A DNA stretch of 34,130 nt from a virus (taxonomy: Duplodnaviria > Caudoviricetes), in IMG/VR virus record IMGVR_UViG_3300025021_000204, positions 1-34,130 of that record. One strand, written 5' to 3'. This document shows positions 25,680 to 33,648 of the stretch, piece by piece. The notes under the pieces are model-generated. The model was given only the letters and a program-made list of their open reading frames with translations, was not told where the DNA came from and did no database searches. The first letter of the stretch is position 1. Each line of letters begins with the position of its first letter. A program made the translations under genes and the position numbers.

Positions 25680-25953
25680 ACCAATCAAATTTCACGTCCA
25701 GGAACTGCGCCCAGAGGTGATGGCCTTCGCGCTGCTGATGGAGCAACGCTTGCGCGATAAGGATGCGGAGAAGGGACAAAGCTGGAAGGAAATGGCTGTC
25801 AGCGATCTGTATGTGGGGGCGGCAACCAAGGTGCTGCTCATTGAGCGTGCGCTCTTCAACAGCGATGGAACAGAGGCGATGCACGCGGTTGACTGCGCTA
25901 ACTACGCAATGATGATCGCTGACGTGTCAGGTCAACTGGAGTACGAAAAATGA
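25672..25953 (+). CDS. MazG-like/all-alpha NTP pyrophosphohydrolase-related small protein (tentative)
   Basis: FALLMEQRLRDKD..KG.SW...AVDCANYAMMIAD pattern; SD GGAG before ATG 25672. Confidence 0.45.
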   Translation: MSEPIKFHVQELRPEVMAFALLMEQRLRDKDAEKGQSWKEMAVSDLYVGAATKVLLIERALFNSDGTEAMHAVDCANYAMMIADVSGQLEYEK

Positions 25954-26135
25954 TCTCTGACCAACAGCTCGACATCGCCAACGAGTTGGCTGACGCAGCT
26001 TGCGCCCTCGACTGGAATAAACGCTACCTGCCAGACCGTTTGCGCATCGAATCCGAAAGCCTGGTGCGCGACATGCACAAGCTGGCGCAAGCCATCGGTG
26101 ACGACCGTTTTGACAACGCAATCAATACCAACTAA
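25950..26135 (+). CDS. hypothetical protein
   Basis: ATGA coupling, SD GGAG. Confidence 0.55.
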   Translation: MISDQQLDIANELADAACALDWNKRYLPDRLRIESESLVRDMHKLAQAIGDDRFDNAINTN

Positions 26136-26157
26136 CGCTACACCAGAAAGGGCCGCT

Positions 26158-26379
26158 ATGGACACGCAATGCAACCTGCTGTTGGAACGCCTCAAACGCG
26201 GCCCGATCACGCCGCTGGAAGCCTTGAACGAAATCGGCATCATGCGCCTCGGCGGTCGCATCTATGATCTGCGGCAGGCCGGGCATGACATCCGCAAGGA
26301 GATGGTCGAGGTTCATACCCGCAACGGCGGCAAGGCTCACGTCGCTCGCTACACGCTGCTGGAGCATACCAATGCCTAG
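26158..26379 (+). CDS. small winged-HTH protein
   Basis: QCNLLLERLKRGPITPLEALNEIGIMRLGGRIYDLRQAGHDI...VARYTL. Confidence 0.78.
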   Translation: MDTQCNLLLERLKRGPITPLEALNEIGIMRLGGRIYDLRQAGHDIRKEMVEVHTRNGGKAHVARYTLLEHTNA

Positions 26380-26803
26380 CCATTCCGACCCGCATGCCGT
26401 GCGCCAGCGGCTCATTCGCCTCATCCACGTTGCCAAGCGCGACCTTGGGCAGGACGATGAAACCTATCGCGCCATGCTCATGGGTTGCGTAAAAAAGGAT
26501 TCCACGTCAACCATGAACGCGCCGGAGCTGGAGCGCGTGCTGGAACGCATGAAACGCCTGGGCTTCCGCGTCAAGCGTAGCCGCCCGCTGGCGCAGGATG
26601 GCCAGAGTAAGAAGATTCGCGCGCTCTGGATGGAGTTGCATGAGGCCGGTGCGGTGCGCAACTCCTCCGAGGGCGCGCTGGCGTCCTATGTGCAGCGCCA
26701 GACCGGCGTTGCCGCGCTGCAATGGCTCGCGCCAGAGCAAGCCAGCACGGTCATCGAATCTTTGAAGCAATGGCTAACCCGTGTCCAAAGGAGGAGTAAA
26801 TGA
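26372..26803 (+). CDS. gemA: GemA / Mu gp16 family (DUF1018)
   Basis: IHVAKRDLGQDDETYRAML, KIRALWMEL, VIESLKQW; SD GGAG before ATG 26372. Confidence 0.9.
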   Translation: MPSHSDPHAVRQRLIRLIHVAKRDLGQDDETYRAMLMGCVKKDSTSTMNAPELERVLERMKRLGFRVKRSRPLAQDGQSKKIRALWMELHEAGAVRNSSEGALASYVQRQTGVAALQWLAPEQASTVIESLKQWLTRVQRRSK

Positions 26804-27165
26804 AGCTAGAAATGATGTCTTTCCCGGAGGGATACCCCGAGCTGCTTGAGCAGATCGGTCAGGTCATCTTCAAGCGGCTGCGAAACTGTGACATCGCGCA
26901 TGAGAGCGCGACCAGCATGACGTTCAATATCACCGAGGCGATCCGCACCGAGATCGGCGGCGTGCAGCAATACATTCCGCGCGGGATGTCTTACGAGCTG
27001 TCGCAGCGTGATGAGAAAATCTGGCAGGAGTTTGTCGGGGACAACTACCAGTCTCTGGCCTATAAATACCAGCTCACCGAAATGCAGGTGCGCAACATCG
27101 TCAAGCGTGCGCGTCTGCGCGAACAATCTACACGGCAAGGCTCTCTGTTAGCCGATCAGAATTAA
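26800..27165 (+). CDS. Mor/C-family late transcription activator
   Basis: IGGVQQYIPRG...RDEKIWQEFVGDNYQSLAYKYQLTEMQVRNIV. Confidence 0.92.
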   Translation: MKLEMMSFPEGYPELLEQIGQVIFKRLRNCDIAHESATSMTFNITEAIRTEIGGVQQYIPRGMSYELSQRDEKIWQEFVGDNYQSLAYKYQLTEMQVRNIVKRARLREQSTRQGSLLADQN

Positions 27166-27211
27166 AACGCTTTAATCGCACCAGCGCGGTTCTGTCGGCA
27201 CACTTGCCGAC
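27163..27211 (+). promoter_or_regulatory. putative activator-dependent late (lysis/packaging) promoter, box TAAAACGCTTTA at 27163-27174, -10-like CACACT
   Basis: Box overlaps activator stop codon and ends 37 nt before SD-less ATG 27212; position equivalent to Mu Plys. Confidence 0.7.
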
Positions 27212-27388
27212 ATGGAACCTAACACCCCATCCAATTCTCCTGGCACTTGTGGCGCTTGCGCCATCTGGACGCGCCACCCCGATCCGCGCATGCCGGAGCA
27301 CGGCCAGTGCGGTAAAAAGCCCGCAGGTTATTACACCCACCAAACCAGTTCCTGCACCTTCCGCCCGGAACTATGGAGGGCGCGATGA
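27212..27388 (+). CDS. 58-aa Cys-rich protein (CxxC...C...C), first gene of the lysis operon
   Basis: Not in ORF track. MEPNTPSNSPGTCGACAIWTRHPDPRMPEHGQCGKKPAGYYTHQTSSCTFRPELWRAR; stop overlaps endolysin ATG (ATGA). Confidence 0.65.
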   Translation: MEPNTPSNSPGTCGACAIWTRHPDPRMPEHGQCGKKPAGYYTHQTSSCTFRPELWRAR

Positions 27389-27855
27389 GTCGCGTTCTTT
27401 CCCCCAACTTCATGCTGGACGAATTCATCCGCTCCGACACCGCGTTGCGGCGCGGCATCGACAACACGCAACCGCCGTTCGAGGTGTTGCGCAACCTTGG
27501 CTATCTGGCCGACACGCTGGAGCGGGTGCGCGCACAGCTCGGCACGCCCATTATTATCAGCAGCGGGTATCGCTGCCCGGCACTCAATAAGGCCATCGGT
27601 GGCGCATCCACCAGCGCCCATATGCAGGGGCTGGCCGCCGATTTCATCGCGCCGCAGTTCGGTAGTCCGCTCGACATCGCGCGCGCCATCGAGGCATCCC
27701 TGATCGAGTATGACCAGTTGATTTATGAAGGCAACTGGGTGCATCTGGCGATCTCGCGCCACGGATCGCGACGCCAAAGCCTCACCGCCCATTTTGACAG
27801 TGGCCGCGCCAGCTACACGCCGGGGCTGTCCCCATCCCGCAACACTTACGCATAG
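27385..27855 (+). CDS. endolysin, peptidase M15 family
   Basis: LSPNFMLDEF, ISSGYRCPALNKAIGG...SAHMQGLAAD, WVHL Zn ligands; SD GGAGG before ATG 27385. Confidence 0.92.
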   Translation: MSRVLSPNFMLDEFIRSDTALRRGIDNTQPPFEVLRNLGYLADTLERVRAQLGTPIIISSGYRCPALNKAIGGASTSAHMQGLAADFIAPQFGSPLDIARAIEASLIEYDQLIYEGNWVHLAISRHGSRRQSLTAHFDSGRASYTPGLSPSRNTYA

Positions 27856-27863
27856 GAGCCGCC

Positions 27864-28100
27864 ATGACTCAACAAGCCGTTGTCCTGACACCCAAGCCCT
27901 GGTGGCAAAGCAAGACCGTCTGGCTCAATCTCATATCAGCCCTGCTGCTGGCGCTGGAGCTGAAGTTTGATCTGCTCCAGCCGCTCGTGCCTGGCAATGT
28001 CTACGCCTGGATGTCTGTTGCGATCACGGTCGCCAACGTCATCCTGCGCGTGGTGACAGCTTCGCCGCTGGTGTTCGGCTTCAATAAGGAGGCGGAATGA
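27864..28100 (+). CDS. holin (two TM segments)
   Basis: KPWWQSKTVWLN, two hydrophobic helices, NVILRVVT; between endolysin and spanin. Confidence 0.8.
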   Translation: MTQQAVVLTPKPWWQSKTVWLNLISALLLALELKFDLLQPLVPGNVYAWMSVAITVANVILRVVTASPLVFGFNKEAE

Positions 28101-28600
28101 TCATGCCGTTTCTAGACCTGGCGCGCAGCCTGCCCTGGAAGCTCATCGGCATCCTGGCCATCGTCGCCTCGGTGTTCGTTGGTGGCTGCCATCATGGCGA
28201 GACATCTGTAACCGCAAAGTGGGAAGCCGAGCGCGCCGAAACCGAAAACAAGTTACAGCAGCTTGCTGCCAAACAAGCGCAGGCCACCACACAGGTGGTC
28301 ACGCAGTACGTTGACCGCGTTCGTGTGGTCAAGACGCGCAGCAATGACATCATCAAGGAGGTTCCAATCTATGTTTCGTCTTCTTCTTCCTGCGATCTGC
28401 CTGGTGGCTTCAGGGTGCTCCACGATGCCGCCGCCAGTCAAGGCGAGCTTCCCGACCCCGCCAGAGCTGCTGATGCGCCCCCCGTCAGCGTTAAAGACGT
28501 TGCCGCCTCGGTCGCCGGAAACTACGCCACCTACCACGAAGTCGCCGAACAATTGATGGCGCTGCAATCGTGGGTTAAACAACAGGGGCAGGCGCAATGA
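28097..28600 (+). CDS. inner-membrane spanin (Rz-like)
   Basis: N-terminal TM, coiled coil, IIKEVPIYV...CDLPGGFRVLHDAAA. Confidence 0.85.
   Translation: MIMPFLDLARSLPWKLIGILAIVASVFVGGCHHGETSVTAKWEAERAETENKLQQLAAKQAQATTQVVTQYVDRVRVVKTRSNDIIKEVPIYVSSSSSCDLPGGFRVLHDAAASQGELPDPARAADAPPVSVKDVAASVAGNYATYHEVAEQLMALQSWVKQQGQAQ
28371..28556 (+). CDS. outer-membrane spanin lipoprotein (Rz1-like), embedded in Rz
   Basis: SD AAGGAGG before ATG 28371; MFRLLLPAICLVASG-C lipobox; Pro-rich mature region. Confidence 0.8.
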   Translation: MFRLLLPAICLVASGCSTMPPPVKASFPTPPELLMRPPSALKTLPPRSPETTPPTTKSPNN

Positions 28601-28899
28601 CGATTCAGGTTGATTTCTGGCAGATCGTGACTCTGTTGCTTGGCTTCATCGGCACGCTGGCTACGTTCGGCAAGATTTTACTCAAGCAGTTGGATGCCCG
28701 CATCGACCACCAGAACGGGCGGTTGGAAAAACTGGAAGCTCAACACAATGACTTCCTCACAAGACTGCCGCTGGAGTATCAGCGGCGCGAAGATGCCATA
28801 CGCTTCGAGACTGTGCTCAATGCCAAGCTCGATGCAATCGGTGCGCGTATCGAGCGCCTTATTGAGCGCCCGACTGTTACACGTCGAGCGACGGATTGA
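28597..28899 (+). CDS. membrane-anchored coiled-coil protein (Mu gp25-like position)
   Basis: One N-terminal TM then coiled coil, LPLEYQRRED. Confidence 0.7.
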   Translation: MTIQVDFWQIVTLLLGFIGTLATFGKILLKQLDARIDHQNGRLEKLEAQHNDFLTRLPLEYQRREDAIRFETVLNAKLDAIGARIERLIERPTVTRRATD

Positions 28900-28917
28900 T
28901 TTCATGGAGAAGCGTGT

Positions 28918-29229
28918 ATGACCCCTGATGTGGAAAAAGCGCGGCGCGAAAACTTGCGGTGGATCATCCTGCTTGCGTTGAACTCGGCGCAGCCGGTAGG
29001 AACTAGCGAAGCGGTGGTGTTATCGGCGATTCAGCCGATGCTGCCCGACATCACGCCGCTGGAGTTACGGCGCAACCTCGATTATCTGGAGGAGCGCAAT
29101 CTCATCACCATTACTGGCCGCAATACGCAGCCACATTGGTTCTGCAAGCTCGACCGCTTCGGCATCGACATTGTTGAATACACCGTCCCGTGCGATGCAG
29201 GTATCGCGCGCCCGGTGAAATACTGGTAG
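28918..29229 (+). CDS. Mu gp26-like protein (wHTH-like)
   Basis: RRENLRWIILLAL...LRRNLDYLEERNLI...GIDIVEYTV...GIARP. Confidence 0.75.
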   Translation: MTPDVEKARRENLRWIILLALNSAQPVGTSEAVVLSAIQPMLPDITPLELRRNLDYLEERNLITITGRNTQPHWFCKLDRFGIDIVEYTVPCDAGIARPVKYW

Positions 29230-29234
29230 CCGCT

Positions 29235-29759
29235 ATGCCTCGACGTTCCAAGGTTGAGGGGCTTCCCTCGGACGTGAAAGCCTGGCTCGATCAGGCGCTG
29301 GTGAAAAACAATTTCAGCCAGTACGAATTGCTGTCCGCTGAACTTGGCAAGCGCGGCTACGAGATAGGCAAGTCAGGCTTGCACCGCTATGGCAAGGGGT
29401 TCGAGGAGCGCCTGAAAACCCTACGCCTGGTCACTGAACAAGCCCGTGCCGTGGTACAAGCCGCACCCGATGAAGACGGCGCGGTCAATGACGCGCTTGT
29501 GCGGCTGACTCAGGAAAAGATGTTCTCCATTCTGATGGAGATGAACGTCGACCCTGACGCGGTAGATCTGCCGAAGCTGGCACGCGCAGTTGCAGAGCTT
29601 GGTAAGGCATCGGTAGCACAGAAACGCTGGCAGGCAGAGGCGCGCAAGCAGGCGCTGACCGATGCAGCCAAAGAGGCTGGCGATGCCGCCAAGAGCGTTG
29701 GCCTGACCGATGACGCTGTCGCGCAAATCCAGAACCGCATCCTGGGGATGTCGGCATGA
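29235..29759 (+). CDS. terminase small subunit (Mu gp27 / DUF3486)
   Basis: MPRRSKVEGLP...IGKSGLHRY...GLTDDAVAQIQNRILG. Confidence 0.88.
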   Translation: MPRRSKVEGLPSDVKAWLDQALVKNNFSQYELLSAELGKRGYEIGKSGLHRYGKGFEERLKTLRLVTEQARAVVQAAPDEDGAVNDALVRLTQEKMFSILMEMNVDPDAVDLPKLARAVAELGKASVAQKRWQAEARKQALTDAAKEAGDAAKSVGLTDDAVAQIQNRILGMSA

Positions 29760-31276
29760 GTAATGCCGTTCTTTTGCCCTATCAGCAGGCATGGATGGCC
29801 GACCGCGCGCAGGTCAAGGTGTGCGAGAAATCGCGCCGCGTTGGCTTGTCTTGGGGCGAGGCCGCAACTTCCGTGCTGGAAGCCTCGAAGCAGAACGGGC
29901 AAGACACATGGTATCTCGGCTATTCGCAGGACATGGCGCAGGAGTTCATCCGCGACTGTGCTTGGTGGGCTGGTCATTTCCAGGTCGCTGCCGATGCGAT
30001 GGAGCAGACTGTCATCGACGATGAAGACCGCGACATCCTTGCCTACCGCATCAAATTCGCGTCCGGTTTTCGCATCACCGCACTATCCAGCAGCCCGCGC
30101 AACCTGCGCGGCAAGCAAGGCCGCGTGGTCATCGACGAAGCGGCATTCCACCCCGATCTGCCGGAGCTGCTCAAGGCCGCGTTTGCGCTGCTGATTTGGG
30201 GCGGTTCGGTGTCCATCATCAGCACCCACTTCGGCGTGGACAACCCATTCAACGAGCTGGTGAACGATGTTCGCGAGGGCAAGAAGCCTTACAGCCTGCA
30301 CCGCATCACGTTCGATGAAGCCATCGAGCAGGGCTTGTGCAAGCGCGTGTTCTCCGCCAGCAAGCGTGATTGGAGCGAGGCGGCGCAGGCGGCATGGGCC
30401 GATGAAATCCGCGCCATCTACCGCCCAAACGATGCCGAGGAGCTGGACTGCGTTCCGTCGAACAGCAGTGGCGCTTATCTCTCACGCGCCCTGATCGAAT
30501 CGCGCATGACCGCCGACGCGCTGGTGCTGCGCTATACCTGCCCACAGGACTTTGAGCAGCTTCCTGACACCGTGCGCGAGTCACACGCGCAGGACTGGCT
30601 TGATGTCACGGTTGGCCCGCTGCTGGCTACACTGCCGCGCACAGCGCGGTCGAGCATCGGTATGGACTTCGGTCGTAGCGGCGACTTGTCGGTGCTGGTG
30701 CCACTGCTGGAGGGGCAGGCACTGGATCGCACCTGTCCGTTTCTCATAGAAATGCGCAACGTGCCGTTTCGCCAGCAAGAACAGATCGTGTTCTGGCTGA
30801 CCGACCGGCTTCCGCGCTTCAACTACGGCGCTTTCGACGCGCGAGGCAACGGCCAGTATCTTGCCGAGGTCACGATGCAGCGGTACGGAGCCAACAGCAT
30901 CGGCCAAATCATGCTTACACAGAACTGGTATCTGGATCACATGCCGCGCCTCAAGGCCGCATTCGAGGATGGTACGCTGGCCAGCATCCCGAAAGATCGC
31001 GACATTCTGGATGATCTGCGCGCGATCACCGTCATCAAGGGTATCCCGCGCTTGCCGGAAGGTAAAACAAAGACCGGTCAAGGCCAGCAGCGCCACGGTG
31101 ATGCGGCGGTTGCGCTGTGCCTGGCATGGTTCGCTGCTACACAGGGTGGCGGCCTCATCGAATACCTCGAAGTGCCGCTGCGCTCCGAACAAGCAGATCA
31201 ACCTCGCGGCGGGAACTTTATGCGGCCTCCGCCCGATACAGACTACCAGGCAGACATGGGCCGACGCGCCTGGTGA
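29756..31276 (+). CDS. terminase large subunit (Mu gp28-like)
   Basis: LLPYQ, EKSRRVGLSW, VVIDEAAFH, IISTH, GMDFGRSGD, HGDAAVA. Confidence 0.95.
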   Translation: MSNAVLLPYQQAWMADRAQVKVCEKSRRVGLSWGEAATSVLEASKQNGQDTWYLGYSQDMAQEFIRDCAWWAGHFQVAADAMEQTVIDDEDRDILAYRIKFASGFRITALSSSPRNLRGKQGRVVIDEAAFHPDLPELLKAAFALLIWGGSVSIISTHFGVDNPFNELVNDVREGKKPYSLHRITFDEAIEQGLCKRVFSASKRDWSEAAQAAWADEIRAIYRPNDAEELDCVPSNSSGAYLSRALIESRMTADALVLRYTCPQDFEQLPDTVRESHAQDWLDVTVGPLLATLPRTARSSIGMDFGRSGDLSVLVPLLEGQALDRTCPFLIEMRNVPFRQQEQIVFWLTDRLPRFNYGAFDARGNGQYLAEVTMQRYGANSIGQIMLTQNWYLDHMPRLKAAFEDGTLASIPKDRDILDDLRAITVIKGIPRLPEGKTKTGQGQQRHGDAAVALCLAWFAATQGGGLIEYLEVPLRSEQADQPRGGNFMRPPPDTDYQADMGRRAW

Positions 31277-31288
31277 TGGAGATTACTT

Positions 31289-32866
31289 ATGGCAATTCTT
31301 GACCAGTTCGGCAAGCCCATCGACCTTGATAATTTCGACCAGCCACAGACATCTAGGCTGGTTGGGCTTTACAACCAGGTGGCAGGACACCCATCGCGCA
31401 ACCTCACGCCAGCGCGCCTGAACGCCATTCTTCAATCAGCAGAAACCGGAGACCTGATCGCACAGCATGAGTTGTTCCGCGATATGGAGGAGCGCGATGG
31501 GCATGTATTTGCCGATTTGAGCAAGCGCAAGCGCGCCGTCATCAAGCTGTCATGGGACATCATTCCACCACGCAATCCGAGCAAAGAGGAAGAATCAGCT
31601 ACCGCCTATGTGAAGGAGTTGCTGCTCGATATGACGGATCTCGAAGACTTGTTCTTCGATGCGCTCGACGGAATTGCGCACGGCTTCTCTGCCATCGAGT
31701 TGGAATGGCAGCGAGTGGGAAGCGACTGGACGATTGTTCGTGCCCATCATCGCCCACAGACGTGGTTCCAGCTCGACCGTGATACGCGCACCGGCCTGTT
31801 CCTGCGTGATGGCACGCTAAACGGTGCGGCCTTGCGTCCTTTTGGCTGGCTGATGCATATCCACAAAGCGATCTCAGGTTATACGGTGCGATCCGGTCTT
31901 GGCCGAGTGTTGGTGTGGCCTTACCTGTTCAAGCACTTTTCCGTCGGTGACCTGGCTGAGTTCCTAGACATCTATGGCCTGCCGCTACGCATCGGAAAAT
32001 ATCCGTCGAATGCCAGCGATGCGGAAAAAGCAACGCTGTGGCGCGCGGTCGCTGGCATCGGACACAACGCGGCAGGTGTCATTCCTTCGGCTATGGCTAT
32101 CGAGTTTCAGGAAGCCGCCAAGGGTTCGGAAAAGCCGTTTGAAGCCATGATCAAGTGGTGCGAGCAGACACAGTCCAAGGCTATCCTGGGCAGTACGCTC
32201 ACCAGCACCGCCGAATCAACCGGCCTCGGCTCCGGCGTGGCCGAAATCCACAACGAGGTGCGGCTCGACATCCGTGACAGTGACTGCAAGCAGCTCGCTG
32301 GAACGCTGACGCGCGACCTGATCTACCCGCTGCTGGCAATCAATAAAGGGTGGGAAGACTTCCGGCGTTGCCCGCGCCTGGTATTCGACGTCACCGAGGG
32401 CGAAGACATCAAGACCTACGCCGACGCGCTGCCCAAGCTGGTTGGCATCGGTATGAAAATCCCCACGCAGTGGGCACACGAAACCCTGCGAATTCCATTG
32501 CCATCCAATGACAAGGAAGACGTGCTATCCGTGGCCTCGCCTCCAAAGGGCAAACAGGCCGACACCAAGGCCGCATTGCTGGCCGCGCTGCGCGATAAGA
32601 CTGGAGAGTCAGACTTTCCAGACCAGGCTGCGCTCGATGGCGCACTTGAGGAACTTTCGACTGTCCTGCAACCACAAGTCGCCGCCTGGCTCAAGCCAGC
32701 GCTCGATGCGCTGGCAAAAGCCAATGACCCGGAATCGGCACTGGCTCTACTTGCTAGCGAAAACCCGCTGACCGATGATGCTGTGTTGGTCGAGGCTATT
32801 GCCCGTGCTCTATTCGTATCCGAGCTGCTTGGAGCGGACGGCGTCCGGCAGGAGTTGAAGCCGTGA
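31289..32866 (+). CDS. portal protein (Mu gp29 / DUF935)
   Basis: DMEERDGH, FLDIYGLPLRIGKY, SKAILGSTLT, HNEVRLDI. Confidence 0.95.
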   Translation: MAILDQFGKPIDLDNFDQPQTSRLVGLYNQVAGHPSRNLTPARLNAILQSAETGDLIAQHELFRDMEERDGHVFADLSKRKRAVIKLSWDIIPPRNPSKEEESATAYVKELLLDMTDLEDLFFDALDGIAHGFSAIELEWQRVGSDWTIVRAHHRPQTWFQLDRDTRTGLFLRDGTLNGAALRPFGWLMHIHKAISGYTVRSGLGRVLVWPYLFKHFSVGDLAEFLDIYGLPLRIGKYPSNASDAEKATLWRAVAGIGHNAAGVIPSAMAIEFQEAAKGSEKPFEAMIKWCEQTQSKAILGSTLTSTAESTGLGSGVAEIHNEVRLDIRDSDCKQLAGTLTRDLIYPLLAINKGWEDFRRCPRLVFDVTEGEDIKTYADALPKLVGIGMKIPTQWAHETLRIPLPSNDKEDVLSVASPPKGKQADTKAALLAALRDKTGESDFPDQAALDGALEELSTVLQPQVAAWLKPALDALAKANDPESALALLASENPLTDDAVLVEAIARALFVSELLGADGVRQELKP

Positions 32867-33648
32867 TCGACAAGACCATCCTGCTGGCTGCGTTCAACAT
32901 GCCGCCAGAACAGGCGGTTGAATTCCTGCGCAGCAAGGGCTTGCAGGTAAGCGATTCATGGCGCGATCTGTGGCAGGCCGCGCATAGACGCGCTTTCACC
33001 GTGGCGCGTTCGGCTGGTTTCGACGTACTGGAAGACATCCGTTCTGCGCTGCTGGAATCCATGACCAAGGGTGAGAGCTACCAGCAGTTCATCGACAAGT
33101 TAACGCCAACGCTACAAGCCAAAGGCTGGTGGGGTAAGCAGATCGATATTGATACCGGAGAAATCACTGTTTATCCAGGCACCAGCCGCCCGGTGGAGTT
33201 GGGTAGTCCGCGCCGCTTGAAGCTGATCTACGAGCAGAACCTGCAAACTGCGTTCATGGCCGGACGCTGGCGTGGCATGAAGGATGCCACGGCCACGCAT
33301 CCATACTGGCGCTATGTGGCCGTTCTGGACAGCCGCACACGGCCTAGCCACCGTGCCATGCACGGACGGGTATTCGGGCATGATGATTCAGCATGGTCAG
33401 TTGCCTACCCTCCGAACGGCTGGCGCTGCCGCTGCCATGCGCAGCCATTGACCGCCGCCGCCGTGCGCCGCGAGGGATACACCGTTCAGTCTGCTGATGG
33501 ATACATTAAGCAGGTCGATGTGCCACAAAAGGATGGTTCCGTGCTTAAGGTCAAGCGCCTGCAACTTCCCGGAATGGACAAGCCGTTCCAGCCGGATGCC
33601 GGGTGGGATTACAATCCTGCCGCCGACTACCACGGAGGTCAGCCGTGA
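32863..33648 (+). CDS. head morphogenesis protein (Mu gpF / gp30)
   Basis: AFTVA, RRLKLIYEQNLQTAFMAGR, YVAVLDSRTRPSH, PPNGWRCRC. Confidence 0.93.
   Translation: MIDKTILLAAFNMPPEQAVEFLRSKGLQVSDSWRDLWQAAHRRAFTVARSAGFDVLEDIRSALLESMTKGESYQQFIDKLTPTLQAKGWWGKQIDIDTGEITVYPGTSRPVELGSPRRLKLIYEQNLQTAFMAGRWRGMKDATATHPYWRYVAVLDSRTRPSHRAMHGRVFGHDDSAWSVAYPPNGWRCRCHAQPLTAAAVRREGYTVQSADGYIKQVDVPQKDGSVLKVKRLQLPGMDKPFQPDAGWDYNPAADYHGGQP

Noticed and set aside
27204-27590. 128-aa + strand ORF spanning the lysis promoter
   Set aside because: TTG start inside the -10 region and out-of-frame overlap with endolysin; the 27212-27388 frame fits promoter and coupling
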